DNA of 64,000 nucleotides, taken from positions 7,254,001 through 7,318,000 of the forward strand of contig CM102290.1 in assembly GCA_046563655.1 (NCBI GenBank), read 5' to 3'. Source of the DNA: Yuukianura sp. NJ FZ-2021 (Eukaryota). Shown piece after piece: positions 1 through 14,585 of this stretch. Every line of letters begins with the position of its first letter. Positions within the stretch are counted from its first letter, which is position 1. The notes beneath the pieces were generated by a model, which was given only the letters and a program-made list of their open reading frames with translations, did no database searches and was not told the origin of the DNA. A program made the position numbers and the translations under genes.

Positions 1-3000
1 AGACCCTCAAATTGAGGAATTTTGGGGGAAAAAGTGAAAAAAAAAGTTGGTATTATTTGAACTTAACTTTTACTAAAAAAAAGTTGAATCCCTGTGATCC
101 CTGTAGTACATAACAATAAGTTAACAAAACACAATTAGACGCCAAAGGGCACAATAGGAGATTAATGTGTAAGGATAAGGTTATTGTCCTGTCGTTGGCC
201 TCGTGAACTAATCTTATGGACTCATTGAAACGTCATGTAAGGTGTGTTCTCAGTATCCGCTTACACCAACGGATTCGACCCTACTTTTAAACAAAATCTC
301 GTTTTCTAACAATCATAAATAAAATATTTTTTGCTCAACCACTTTTTTCCAGAGCACCGACAAACTTTACCTTATTTCTCATTACATCATATAAGAATTT
401 GCTTAATTCCTCGCCAAGCTACAAGTTAACCAACTGGACACTAAACTTAAAAAAAATAGAAAAAAAAATCGGATTTTTTTCTTTGGCGGATTGATTTCAA
501 CAATTTTTGTAGTTTATGGATCAGCGACACTCTTTTGTTGCCAAACTGGTTTCCTCATGATATTGTCCACAAGGGAGAAAAATTTTGAAGAAAAAAATGT
601 GTACAGACCATAGATAATTTGTGATTGGTGTGTAAGCGTTAGGTTATGCTAATGTTATGCGTTATTGGAAAGTAAGTTTGCTAAAACGTAGAGTGCCGAT
701 TTGTGTCAAAAGTTTAATGAAGACTGTTGACTAAAAAGCTTAAAGACGTGCTTTAGACGAGAGACAATGAAAAATTTATTAGGAGCGTTAGGACTTAAGG
801 TTGAAGTAGCTAAAAGAAGGTTTTTGTGGAGAAAGTTTGGAGAAAGTCTGTTGTTCCTTCGTTTCCGTCGCAACTTTCTCCTAAGCCAAAACTTTTCACC
901 TGTTGAGGCATTTTTTCTAAGGAATAATCATGACTATTTTTTTCTTGTGGCAGAGGCTGCAGGGTAATCGCCAAGTTGGGTGGGGCTTTGTGTGGTAGCT
1001 TTTGCTACTGATAGTGGACGCTCTTTCACTTTTTTTTTTGCAAAGGATAATGCTTACTATAGAGTCCAAAAAAAAAGCTTTTCCATTTGGAAAGTCTATG
1101 TATTTTGCGGCAACTTTTCCCAAATGGAATCGTACCAGCAAAAGGAATAACCTTTTTCCCAAACCTAACCTACACTCCGTGGCTCCTCATCGATTTTTGG
1201 AGAAAGCTTGAAAGTTTGAAACATGCGCTGGGGAGTGTAATGACCACTAACATGGCCACCAGCATTTCCCAACACGCCCTGCCTCTCTTTCTCTCCATGA
1301 CCCAGCAGCTCCAGAGCTCTCCATCAGTCCTTACTCTAGGTTTTGAAGCACTATAGTAAAGGGATATTATGGATTCTTTGGCCTAGACACTGACACTGGA
1401 AGGAGAGCCTGGAAGGAGACTGACGGCCTTTGTGAACATACAGAAGTCTTCCAGAAGCATAGTACTTACGAGTAGTCTGGCTTCCTGCCTCTTTGGGCAG
1501 GGTAATTGGATTTCCAACTTTCTCCAGAAGACAGACAGACGGAGATGGATGGGATGCCTCACGCAAATGTCTTCAAATTAAAATTTCCCTCTCCCTCCGT
1601 TTTTTTTTTCAAGTTGGGCAAAGTCACGGGGAACAGGAGAAAGTTCACTTCTCCTGGGCAATGGAACTGTCCAAACTGTCTACATTTAAAAAATACTTTC
1701 TCTCCTTATTATTCCACCGTTTTTACCAACACCTTAACTACTAGTGCTACCGCTTCTCCAGTTTCAATCTTTTTTTAACAAGCAAAAATCTACTTCAACT
1801 GTGCGCAAATTAATTTACGAGGAAAAAAAGGAAAAATGAAGACTTACGCTATAACGTTGTGGACTTAAGGGGAGCCTATAGGATGGCTTTGGGGATTTGA
1901 GCAAAGTAATTCCAAGATTTCCAAACACTTAATTTATTTTTTGGTGAAATTTTTGGAAAACACTTCCACTTAACACTTTTCACTTCTTGGACACGAGAAA
2001 ATTTGACAAGAGACACTTTGAAATTTGGTTTCCTTCCGTTTAGGAAGGCGTCATGCAACTGAAGGGCTCCCCAGCAGTCTCTGCAGCGTCTGCATAATCA
2101 TATATAAAGGAGGTACATGTAAATGAAAGGCTCTCGGCAGGAGAGAGCCCTTACACGTTTAGAAAATGATCAAAAGGTTTTCCGGGGAAAAGGGTTGAGG
2201 AGCCCTTGGTCTCATCATCTTCCAGAACCCATTCCGTTCCACGTCCATGCAAACGAGCCTTTTCTAAGCTTGCCTTCCGGAAAAAGTACTTTAGGTCCTC
2301 TGCATAATGAGCCAAGGCTCGATACTTTGAATAGAGAATTCAAATTTTACCCTAACAAAAACCGTCCCATCCCCAACCCATCACTTTCTCGCACCTTTGA
2401 TTATCATAATAAATTTATGCCCCCGGTATCCATGCGGAGGGGGGCCTTAAATCCCCACGGACGAGCGTTTCCTCCATGTCTTTGCATAATTGGGTTCCAA
2501 AGGGGTTACCACCTGGACCCTGGGACAGTGGGCCCTTAATTAGCATTTCCAACGAACCCACCAAAGTCCCACCGAAGAGAGCCCTTGGATTCCCACCACT
2601 ACAAGGCATTAGGCGAAACACGTTAGGAACCAGAGACCTATTCTCATGCTAATCTCCGCCCATTCAAGGGCCCCCAGACCCTAAAACTTTCTAAAATTCT
2701 GCTCATCTCCTCGGATCCCTTGACTCCCTGCTGCTGGTCCCAAGCCGTTCTCACTGTCATCCGCAGGATCTTTTGATATAAAAAATATTAGGAAAGGGTT
2801 GGGGCCCTCAATCAAAAAAATAGGGCTCAGTTGAAGTCCTTGGGTGCCAGTGCGTAGAGTTCGAAGTCAAATAGTAACCCCGGATCCTCACGGAAGTGTC
2901 TAGTGCGGTGAACTGGTGACGAAGGGCCCAACAATAGGGCCCCTTGTCCGAGTGTCCAGTGGGCCCTTTGTTGTCCAGTGGTTGAGTCTTTTGAAGGGGA

Positions 3001-6000
3001 GTGGTCAGTGCTTGCCAAAGCGGAACGAGTGGGAGTTTTATTTGGGCTCAGCCCTCATCATTCCCCGACCCTTCAGAATAATGGGCCAAGGGACACTCCC
3101 CATGCTTCAAGGGTCCACCTTCTCCCTATTTCCATTTCCACAAATACGGAAACAACTTTATTAGGGAAAAAACCAGAAAAAAGCAAATCAATTGCTTTGA
3201 AAGCAAATCAATCCGTCGGAAAACAAATCAATTCAACACGGGAGACGCAACAAGCTCAAAACTGATGTGGAAAGTGAACACAGCAATTTCAAAAAAAAAC
3301 GTTTTCGTTTTTAATTTGGTGTAAGTAACAAAATTTTCAAAGTTTGGTGGGGTTGATTTGAAACGGGTTTGCAAAAATTTTGAATCCAATGCAACGATTC
3401 GCGCATCTCAAAAAGTTTTCAAAAGTTGAAAAACGCTTGAAGACCAAAAGCTCGTAGAAAAAAGTTTCGAAAGTGTCGATTCAAAACAAAAAATCTTTCG
3501 AAACTTTACAACACAAAGGCACTCTCAAAAATCATAAGTTTAAGCCAGAAAATTTTGAAATGAAAAATATGACTTTGTTACATTGAAATTTTTTGGCTAA
3601 AATTTGTGGGAAAACAAAATTTGTAGTTTCAATTGTGGAGTGTGTTTTTACGGATATTTTTATAATTTAGGTGTTGATTGACTGAATGGTTTCATTAGGA
3701 CAAGAGGGTACTTTGGCCACTCTTACTTTATCTTTGTAACTATCTCATCCCGTGCGATTCGTCTTGTTCTGGTTATGTTCAAGGGCCCACTTCAGAAAAA
3801 AGGGACCATCACGTATTCTAAGGGATTCGTTTTTTTGAATCTTCCTTTTCAAGTGAAATGGACTGGAACACTGAAGTGACCACCAAGTGACAACTTAAAA
3901 ATTGAAGCATTTTTCCATGTTCCTCTCTAACGCCTTTCAATTCAAAATTTGAAAGCTTCCCGGTCTTCCTTTGCGAAAAGAAGTATCTTGCAAACAATTC
4001 GGCTTTACGCATTCTACTTTTACTTTCATGTTTTAGCTCTCCAAATTCAATTTAATTGGAAATGAAAACTGACTCGTGTTTTTTTTTCTGTCGATGAAAA
4101 GGCCGAGCGCGAAATTTGAGTCGTAATTGGAGGAAATTTGAGTCGAGGGGTCGCCTAACTCTCTATTCCGTCGACTAACTTTTGTGTCGAACTTATGGGC
4201 GGAGTACTGACTAACTTTACATAACTAATTGCTAGGTGAGTGGAGTGTTGTCCAGGTGGAGCTGCATTGTTTTGGTCATGTCCAAGTCCTTGTCCGTTGG
4301 TCCATTGATCTTGTCTCAAGGGAGGGGGCCCTTGAACGGGGTGAAATAATTTATGCAGACTTGTCCTCTAATGTCATTGTAGTCTATGCAGTCTAACGCA
4401 TCTGCTCTCCTCGGCCGCCATTATGCATATTCAAATGAGATCTATTCAAAAAAGTACGACAGGAAGCACGGGCAATTGTCGAGCCACGGATTTTGGGTGG
4501 GACATCAAAAGCCACCTGGAGCACAGACCCACGTTTCATTTTTAATGCCAAGCACTTTTTTGGAATTTTTTTAAAAACAATTTTAAAATTTTCAAATCTC
4601 AAAATGCACAGATCGGTTTGAAAAGTTTTCGGAATACTAAATTTTCTTAGACCTTGCAAAATTTCCAAATTTTTAAACTAAAAGTTATATTTGAACATCA
4701 CAATTCTTGTCTTCAAAAAGTAAAGCGAAGCCAAGTTTTATTTGAGCATGTTTCTAAATAATTTGATTCTTCAAAAAGTAAAGTGAAATACTGAATTGTA
4801 CCTAAAAATTTCTTTCTTCAAAAATGTCAATCATATTGATTTCAAAAACAAAATTGAAATTATTAATAGGTCTCTAAATAATTCCACTTTCTTCTAAGAA
4901 TGGAAAGACAAAATCTCGAAAGCTATTAATCAGTTAAAACCAAAAATTTGTTTCATTTCATCGTAGTTGAACATTTCGTTTCTATTGCTTTTAACTTCCT
5001 GTATAATTTTAATTTTTAATAATGTTGACCTACTATTTGACGGATTTTGAAAAAAAAAGTTGAAAAATGAAATCAAAATTTAAAATAACTGAATATCTGT
5101 TGTCTATACTGTGGGTGACACCTTGTTCTGTGGAAATTCATTGTGCAATGTTAGTGAAGGTTGTATTGGAAAAGCAAACCTGTGAAAGTGGATCTTCATT
5201 CAATGGAGGTTTTCATAGTGGTGGGATTAATTGATTTCGCAATCAACGGATGAAGCAAGTGCGAACCATTTGAAAACTTGTTCCAATTTTTCTTTTCAAC
5301 TTTAGACAACTTTTTTATACAAAGTTTTTACCACCACAAAAGCTTAGTTACACAAAAAAGGCATATCCTTAGTGTTTTTAGTATATCAAAACTCTCGCAA
5401 AAAATTCTGAATTCGGAAAGTTAGGTACAGAGTTATGACAAAGTTAAAGAAATAGATCAAATATAAAATCTATCAATACATTACTAAAAAGTTATAAAAA
5501 GTAAGAAATCTTAAGGAACTGGGTATTTGCACATGGCAATGAAACAGCACAAATTAATTAACAACATAACTGAAATAAACGCTGTATGGAAGTAGCGAAA
5601 CGCACATTACATATCTTCGAAGCAGTCCATTCAAAGTTTAGGCATTAGCATGCGTGTGATGTAGAACGCTACGAAACAAAAAACATAAAGTAGCCCATCT
5701 TTCCGCTATTTCATAACTGAAAAAACGGTAGGTATTTTGTGCATATTTTTTCAAACTTTTTTTTGTACAGTTTCGATATTTTGAATTAACGTTAACCCTA
5801 AGACACAACGTTAATGAAAATGTCACTTCTTAAACAAATTTTGGCTGAACTTCTTTTTAAATTTACTAATGCAGCCAAACATCTAGTTTTTTTTATTGCA
5901 GAAATCCATTCCGCCAATTGGTGCGCGGGACAACTCTTTTGTTTGGTTTTAGGTCTAAGAACAGTTCAAAATTTTGTAATCCTATGGCTTTCCCTTCAAA

Positions 6001-9000
6001 TTTATTTAAAATGTGAATGTTTTTGGCTTTTTTTTTAAAGAATAACAAGCTCTGCGGATAGCCCAATTTGAGGAACCCATACACACAAATTCAGGTTTTT
6101 CCATTGAGGACGGGAAGTAATCCTTTGGCTCCTGGGCTTTCCTGATCTTCTTCCTCAACAGTAGTAATTTAAAAAGGACTCTTCTCTTTGTTTATTTTAC
6201 ATTTTATTTTATTTTTTCAAAATTTACTAACTCTCCTCAAATTCCAATTTCGAAGAAGCTCTCCAAGGAATGAAAAGCAGATACACAAAAAAGGCTCCCA
6301 TTGGAAAAAAAAAGAAGTCAGATCACAATAGTCAAAAATCTCCTGTTTTTTTTAGTTTTCTTTTTAAAAAAAATTCAATAGAACTTTCGACTTAGGGAGC
6401 TTGACTGAGAAGGAAGATCTAAAAAGCGTTTCGAAAAAAAAGAAACGATGCAGAGCGAGAGGGAAAGTTTTAATCAATTTAATCCATTATATCGATCTGA
6501 TTCCGGCAAGCGCATCTTCCTTTCTTTTTTTTTAACAAAAACTGATGAATAGGATGGACCGAATGACATTGCGGACTAGGGCGAACTCAATCCAATCATC
6601 ATTGAACAGAGACACATTTTTTCATAAAGCTGGGTTTCTACTAGAAGAAAACAGAATTTGAAAAAATTTGTTTTCCAAAAACGATCAAAATTTGTTAACT
6701 ACTCGGGAAAAGTGGAGGAATAAATCTAATATTTCTGGGTTTAGCATCAGAAGTGGCAAGTTTCCACCAAACTTTAAACTTTTTTGAACAGATTGAAAGT
6801 GCAGAGGGGGAAGGATGAAGATGTTTTATGAGAAAATTGAGAAAAGATGTGTTTGTGTTTGATAATTTGGGAAGGAAATGGGGAGATCTTTTGGTGAATA
6901 ATTCATTCTCGAAAGCCCTTTGACAATAAAATTCAGACGAAGAGAGGGAACAGAAGACCTTGAAAGTACAGGATGATTCAAAAGTCTATTTTGAAATAGA
7001 AAGCAAAAAAGAAAAGTCAAAAGTCAAATTTACACTTATACACTACCACTTTCCAGTTCCAACAAAATACCCCGCGTTTGCTAGTAGTACTTGTGATATT
7101 GACATAAAAAGTTAGAGATTCAATCTTTTGTTTGGATTTGGGATGCTGCTCGGACCAAATCAAATTTGGAAAATGGAGCTTTTCTTTTCCATTTTTTAAA
7201 AATAAGTTTTTTATACTCCCTTTTCTTGGGAAGAAATAAGAACGGTAAGGAAGAGAAAGTAATTCTGCTTTGTTTCTTGACAGAAGTGATGGATGAACCA
7301 ATTTTCCATCACTACTCTGTTCAAATTCAAAAAACTTAATACAAGTTTCCCTCTCTTTTTATTCCATTTTTTTCTAAGAAAGGAGTTCGAAAAGGGTGGG
7401 CAGCATTTTCGATAAAAATTTTGAAAGTACACAGTTTCGTTCTCACAAATTCTTTGGCTCATTACACTCAAATCCTTGTATACCGAACCTTCGGTTCGAA
7501 CCTATTTATAAACGGTTTGTAAAAACACGATTTAGTACAAAATTTGAATCTTTACATCAGGGCTAGCTTCTGTTTGCCCGAACACTATCACTGATATCCA
7601 TTTCGAATTTTAAAAAAATTGTTTCAAAAGTTAGAATTTAGAATCTCAAAATTTCATAAAAAAACAACTTTTTTTAACATGCAGAAGAATGTTATGTTTG
7701 ACAAAAATAGGCGAACCCATAGAATAACTTTTGCGATTTTGTTTTCTCAGATATTCAAATAAAATCAAGGAATGGAAACACTGCTTGTTTACAAAATAAG
7801 TTTTGCTCAAAACTTATTTGAACGCAACGGTATTCCCAACCTAGAAATTGGACAATTGAGACAAAATGATGTCAAGGGGGATAGTATACAATGTTGGTGC
7901 GTTATTCTGTTATTTGTAAGGACTCCTGTAGCATTTCCAGGTGTATGTTGGTTAATGAAAAAGTGCTTCATCCGATTACAGCGGTTCCTTAATGAGGATT
8001 TCCAGAAGATCAGAAGGCACCCCATGGTCATCACATCTCATCCTATTCAGGTAGCAATAGCTCTTCCGCATCTTCCAGCACCCACCAGCCTCTAAGGGCT
8101 ATTACTCCTAACCTTACCCAAGGAAAAGGTGAAATGAAGAGCCCTTGGTCCTCTGCTACACTTGAATTAAAGTCCAAGGGAGCAGAAGGAATCAAAGGAA
8201 AAGTGTTTCTAAGGAAAGAGCATCTCTGTTTAGAACCCTCCGTTCAAAGGGCTCTCTCCCTTCGTGTCAAGATCATCATGACTTGGCCCTTCTTTTAATT
8301 TACAGCCATCGAAAGGATTCGGATTCAAAGGAATCTCCCGAAGGTGGCAACCGGCTAAATTCAAAAGCTTTTCAATTCCGATCTGATCATCTTCTTGAAG
8401 CGGAAGTGCACCCTTCCCTTGGCTTATCTTTTTCGGTTAGCCAAAAATAAAGGCACAACGTCGACGGAAGCTGCTGCCTGAAGTTGAGGTCTGGCTAGCT
8501 CAAATTTAAATTTCCCTCTTTCTGCTACTAAAGAGGGAGGGAAATGCTGACCAAGTAGGTTAGGGAAGGAAGATGGAGGCAAGGGAAAGTGATGGTGCCA
8601 CTTGCTATGCATTTGATGCACCATGACGAATCCGAAATTGGGTACTAGTCTCCCTTCGGCCTGGTCCTGATGGGCCCACATAAAGTTTTTATGGCTTGGC
8701 TCGCTCTCCGAAGAGGATTGGGATGCTGGGACTTTGGGCAAGGCGGGGAAGGGCTTTCACTTTATGGCCCTCGAGGATTCAGACTCTAAAGTCCAGCTTA
8801 CTTTCACATTTCCACCAAAAAACCCCGCTTTTCGTCCCACGACTCCCGCCATCGAAGGCAAAACCTAACCTAGACGCAAGGAACAAGGAAAAATGTCTGA
8901 GGAAACTTTAATGAGATCCCCCGAGCCCCACCATGTCGACTGGATGGAACATCCAAACGGCCAAGGAGACCCAAATAATGCATTTCTCAAGGCCCCACCG

Positions 9001-12000
9001 CCATCAGAGCCACCAGCAAACAACGCAAATCCACCTCCCCCCTCAATCCTATCCACTAAACTTTTCTTTTGTTTGATGCCGGTGCCAAATCAATAGGAAA
9101 AACAAAACCATATTACTCGTTTTATTACTTTTTCCAAATCATTTTTTCTCCTCAACAAAAAAGGTATAGCTAGTTGTAATAAAAAACATATTTTTTTTTT
9201 GAAAAATTTTCTTCTTGTAACACCAAGGGATTCAGGATAGCTTTTTCAAAGTTTAGACGAACTTCATACTAGGAATGTAAGCAGCGTTAATGTATTAGCC
9301 CGTCTACTTTATTAGGGTAACTCAGTTAAGAAATTAGAAATTGATTCAGTAATGTAATTTCCTGTGCTCCTCAAGATCCTTTAGAAAATGAAATTCTTCA
9401 AACAAACACTTCTTGTCATAATCATCATCATCACCTTGGGAAGTCTGTTCATAACGTTAGTAGTTGACACGTCCGCATAAAAACAGGATTTACTACTACC
9501 TGAATTTCAAAGTTAACGTTACTCAGCATTGCATTTTTGTTACCTATACTACATTGCGCTACAATAAACTACAATACATGTCCTTTTGCAGTACAACAAA
9601 CATCACTTCACCAATTATTCTTTGAAACGAAAAAGTCAACTAAATTCGGTGAACTATTTTTGAAATGTTTTTAGAAATTGGTTATGCTGTGCATCCTGAG
9701 TTTGTTCGTGAGCGTTGCACTATTTGTGGAGGCAAGGGGCCTACGACAGTGGCAAGCGTCTGTCCTGTCTATTTTTCTTTCTACTGTGACTGATGGTGGG
9801 AGTCCGTTGGAAAGCTGTATAGAAAGTTACACAAGAAGAAAGTCTTCCTGGATATGATTAGCTTCCCTCAAAGGAACTGGATCTGGGCAGAGGGAGATCA
9901 CTTCCTTCGAATTCGAATCACCAGACTAACAAAATGCACGAAATGAAAAAAAATGGAGGAAACGGATATCTTCTGGCCTTTGCTTCAAGTACACCATGGT
10001 CCAGAAGCACCACATTAAATATAGTTATAACTCCTTTAAAAACTTTTTTTCTTTTTTATCTAAAGCAAAATAAAATACAAAAAATCAAAACAGATACTAA
10101 TTGGCTTAGGTTGAAAAAAAAATCAGGTCGTGCATAACTAACCAGCCTCCCATGCATTATTTTTCCCGTTAGGGCTTAAGTAGTGTTTATGAACCATCGA
10201 GTACAGTCTACCACTAGTGCTTTCTCTACTCAATTTCTTTTTGTTGGAGGTTGGAGGCTGTTAGGATTTGGAAGAGACTACTACTCCATTTGGTGCCTCC
10301 GGAGAAGTAAGGGAGTAAAAGCACGGAAGCGGAAGTGAATAATACTCCTAATCATATTTCCTATCCAGAGACTCCGTCCAGTAGCACATCCAAGTTACCC
10401 GGGTAAAACTGAAAAAACAGATGGTATGCTAATGGGAAGCTGCCGAAGCTACAGTCTGGGAGCATTACAAAGGAAAACCGTACGTCGTCGTCTGAAATGG
10501 ATGGATTTTGGGGGAGGAGAAGCATTTCCTTGGTCACTGGACACGTCACTCCGCCTCCTTTCCCCATATCATTCCAGCACAGCACCACATTCCAGTCCAT
10601 TCTGCTCTGCCCAGAGAGTCTATCGGACTGCCACGCGGAGAAAGTCACCTCAGCCTAGAAATCGCTCGTCCTTTTCCAGCGTCCTTTGTAATTTGAAAGT
10701 CCTCGTGTCTATTACGGAGGAAATAGGAGGAGGGGAATTGGCCTTTTGAATTTGCCCTCTTCTGCTTCACATACGTGGAATTTGGAGGGAGTTTGGTAAG
10801 TTAGGTTAGGCCTGTTCTGGCGAGAGGAGTGAAAGTGGAGTAGATGAAATGAGACTTTCTTTATGGCTGTTTCGCCTACCTTTTACGAGCTCCCTTCACC
10901 TGAGAGATCCTCAGGAATTCAATAAGAGCAGAGACAGGAATGCGGAGATCAAAATTAAACCACCACCACACACGCTAGTTCCAACCCCGGAGTGGGGACA
11001 AGTGGGGGCGGGGAGAGAACACTCCCGTGTCACTTGACTCCTAGCAAGTTGCTAGTAGTAACACGACGCACAGTCACCTTTGTCTAATGGTGGGGAGCTT
11101 AACTGAAAACGTATGCATGCTAAATGCTATCGAAATAGCATTTAAATTAGATCATGAATTAAAAATTACAATTAAATTTTAAAAATCTGGAAAAAATTTC
11201 AGCTTTAGTTTAGCGTTACGGATGATGGAGAAGTCCATGTGGAAGAAGTGAAAAATGAAAATGGTAAAAGGAGCGGAACAACCTAAAGTTGTACACGCCA
11301 GAAAAAAGTGTAAACGGCCCTGTAACAAAGTGTAATGGTGAAAGTTGTCTCGGTGGAATTTGTTCTCAAAACTAAAACCCGGGCCTAAAATAACACTTTT
11401 TCAGGAAGCGAACCCCAACTCCATCCGCCTAACATAAGTGAAATTATTGAGATTTACAGGTTAGTTTCAAAATTTCCAGTTGAATACCGAAGCTGTGTAT
11501 CGGAAATTGGTCCAAACCCAATTTCTCAGTTCCATCCCTTCGTAACTTTACGATCTGGCAGAGGAATTAGAGTCTATATGCTGGGATTTTGGGTGGATTT
11601 GGTAGAAGCAGGTCGGCGGCTAACGTTAGGTTTGGCAGGGTAGGAGAAAGTGGGGGCGGTGTGTGGATCCCGTTGGCTTTGTAGCTTGATGAGGAAAGCT
11701 TTTAGGTCTGATCTCTCCATCATCCGAAAAGTCGGTGGTGGGATTTGGGGCGGGGGAAATGGCCAAAAAACAAATGCCAATATCACACATCATTCCCATT
11801 CATCTCTCCCAGGAGCCATCTCACTTTCCCCAGAACATATTTCTCCAATTTATTCCTTTTCCCGCTTTCTCCATTTCAAAAACCAACCCCACCAGTCGAG
11901 CCACTTTCCCACTTCCACAACCAGCCCCACCAACTTCTGTGTTTTTTTTCCTTGGAACGAGTCCAGGTGAACCTTAGGGGAGCCCTTGAGCTTCCGGCCT

Positions 12001-14585
12001 TCTTCGTGACATGGACACTCCAGAAAAAAGCTCGAAGCCGCTGAGAGGCAGGAGGCTTTTGTCAAGATCCAGAAAAAAGATAATGAGATTTTTAGACTTG
12101 ACAGACTGGTTCTTCGGTCGCTTATTTGTTGGTCCCATTTTTGCAACGAGAAGCAGAATAGAGGGAGATCATGAATCCTATCAATGTCACTGAAGCTGGA
12201 TCCGGGCATTCCAAGTCACCCAGTGACACTCACATCCCGACACACTCAGAGACTGATCTTGAATAGGATCCGAATCGAGGAGACAGCCAAAAGCCGAAAG
12301 TGTAGAGCCTCACTGAAAAAAAGAAGAAAAAAGAAAACAATTTTTCATAACAAGTTTTTTCTTCTTTTTTTCTTTCTTTCTATGTTTCCTAGCCTCATTT
12401 TTCATCTTTTCTATTGAATTAGGTTTGGGAAAAGGATGAAACCACTGGGCTGGTGGTGCCACACGAGGCACTTCCGTCTTCCATCCTTTTCTCCATGGAT
12501 TATCCATGCCCAGGGATCTGTCGGAAGAAAAGAAAACTGTCGAGAACACTTTGCCGACTTGTCTGGGTTTCCTCGGGCTTCCTGAACCCACAACCTTACG
12601 ATTTACGACTGCCAAGAGACTCTCGCTCGCCGCTCAATCATCAACTGAATCTAGTATACACAAAAATTTTACCACAAAGAAAAATTTTTAAACTGGACTG
12701 TACGATGACCTTTGACCTCGACTGAACAACATATGGAACGGTGAACTTCCTCTATTCTTTACATGTTAAGGAGAAAGTTCAAATCGCTTTAATCAAATAA
12801 CTCTTTTTTTTTCTCAAATAACTTTTTTTTTCTTATAGCATTATTTTCTTACATTTTTTAAATAGAAAATGATTTCAAATTGTTAAGTATATTGCTCTAT
12901 TCGCGTTCGTCGGAAAATTGAAATTCGGAATTGGAAAGCTTTTTTTTTCAATTTATGGACAAGTGCTCCAAGTGTTTTTCTCTAATTTAAAACGACTACT
13001 TGGCCAATCCTTGAAGATTCAAAGGAACAAGTGCCTCTCCGAACAGTTCCTTAGGGTTATTTTTTCTACACTTTGTTAAGGAAAAAGTCATTCTGTGCCT
13101 TTACTTTGCAATGTTTTTTTTAAGAAAAAAAAAGTAGAGTGTATAAGTGAAAGCAGACTATTCTTCATAAAAGGATAAAAGTCAGCATTTTCCCAGTAGT
13201 TTTCAAAATATTATTTTCTTTTGCACAAAGTGCTTGTGAACAAAGTTTTCACATTTTTGGTCTAAAAACGCCATGGCAAAATACCCTCCCACCCACAAAA
13301 AAAAACTGAAGTGTAAAACGTTCGAAGTGCCTCAAAACATTTTTGCCTTCAAAGTTTACTTTTTAGGTTAGGTTTACTTTTTCCTAACAAAGGAAAGGCG
13401 GCAGCGTGTAACAAGTGCCGTTGTGGGTCATGGGAGTGAAAGTGCAGAGGAAAGAAAGTACTGCCTCCTCCTCCTTCCAACTGTTTTTGAAAACTGAAAG
13501 TTTTTGGTTTTAATTAGTGGGGCCAAGGGCACAGAGGCGGAGGAAAGTGGGTGAAAGCCACCTAAACTATAAGATGAATGAACATCTTCCTTATTCCAGA
13601 AGCTCTTCTTGTTCTTAGAAACTTTTGGGAACTTGCGCCACAAAATTTTACGCATCTTACTACTACTACTCAAGAACTTTATTAATAAACTCCAACCAAA
13701 AACCTACTCTGTCTTTCCGCTAAGGTTCTAATTCCACTCCAGCAGTCGGCAGAGAAGCAACGCTCTTCAGTTGCTCAACCAATTCTGAAATCTCACAAGT
13801 TTTTAAAACAAAATTTAAAAAAAGAGCTAGCAAGTTGTCCAGGAACGTGAAACTAAACTTGTCTTCAATGATTTTTGCCAGCATGCCATAATTTCCAATA
13901 ACAAATTTTTAGGGAGACAAAAATTTCCCGCTTTTGTAGGGATCAGCTAACTCCTGCAAATCAGAATCAGAACGTTTTAAAACAGAATGAATTTTTTTTT
14001 GTCACAAATTTCAAGAAATTTTACACCCAAATTAACAGATTTGTCACGAATTTTCCACATCAAACTATGTGCGTTTTGCTCATGCCCAGGTCAAAGTTCA
14101 AGTTGGCGTCTTATTAAACTCTGCGCAAATTAACATGCATAACGTAGTACGTTAATTTTTTTTATTATTATTACAGAAAATTAAAAATAAAACTAGATCA
14201 TTTTTATTTCATAAAATTTTTTTTGAACAAACAGCTTTGAGACGGTTATGCACAGATTGAATACGAATGTAAGGCAGAGAGAGAAAACAGTCACTCGATC
14301 AACTTGACAAGGCCATCGTTCAGGGTTTAAAAACCTAATTTCCCAAAGTACTTCATTCGTCTTATGGTTAACATTTGCTTCTAAACGCTTAACAGTCTGC
14401 CTACCACAGAGAAACACAACAAACACTGGAAGACCTGATTCTTTGAAAATATTTTATAAAAACAATTACTTGAGTCTATAATATAAAATTAACTATAAGT
14501 ATCTGAAATTTGTGATGCCCTCCTTTGATACTATTAATTGATGAACATTATTGGGTACGCCTTAGCCTTAGGTACTTGTTGCATT

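Noticed and set aside
8893..9096. Pro-rich 67-aa ORF with AAAATG start context, and an open frame at about 7996-8298
   Set aside because: Low complexity, no domain and no convincing splice partners; cannot be supported as coding.
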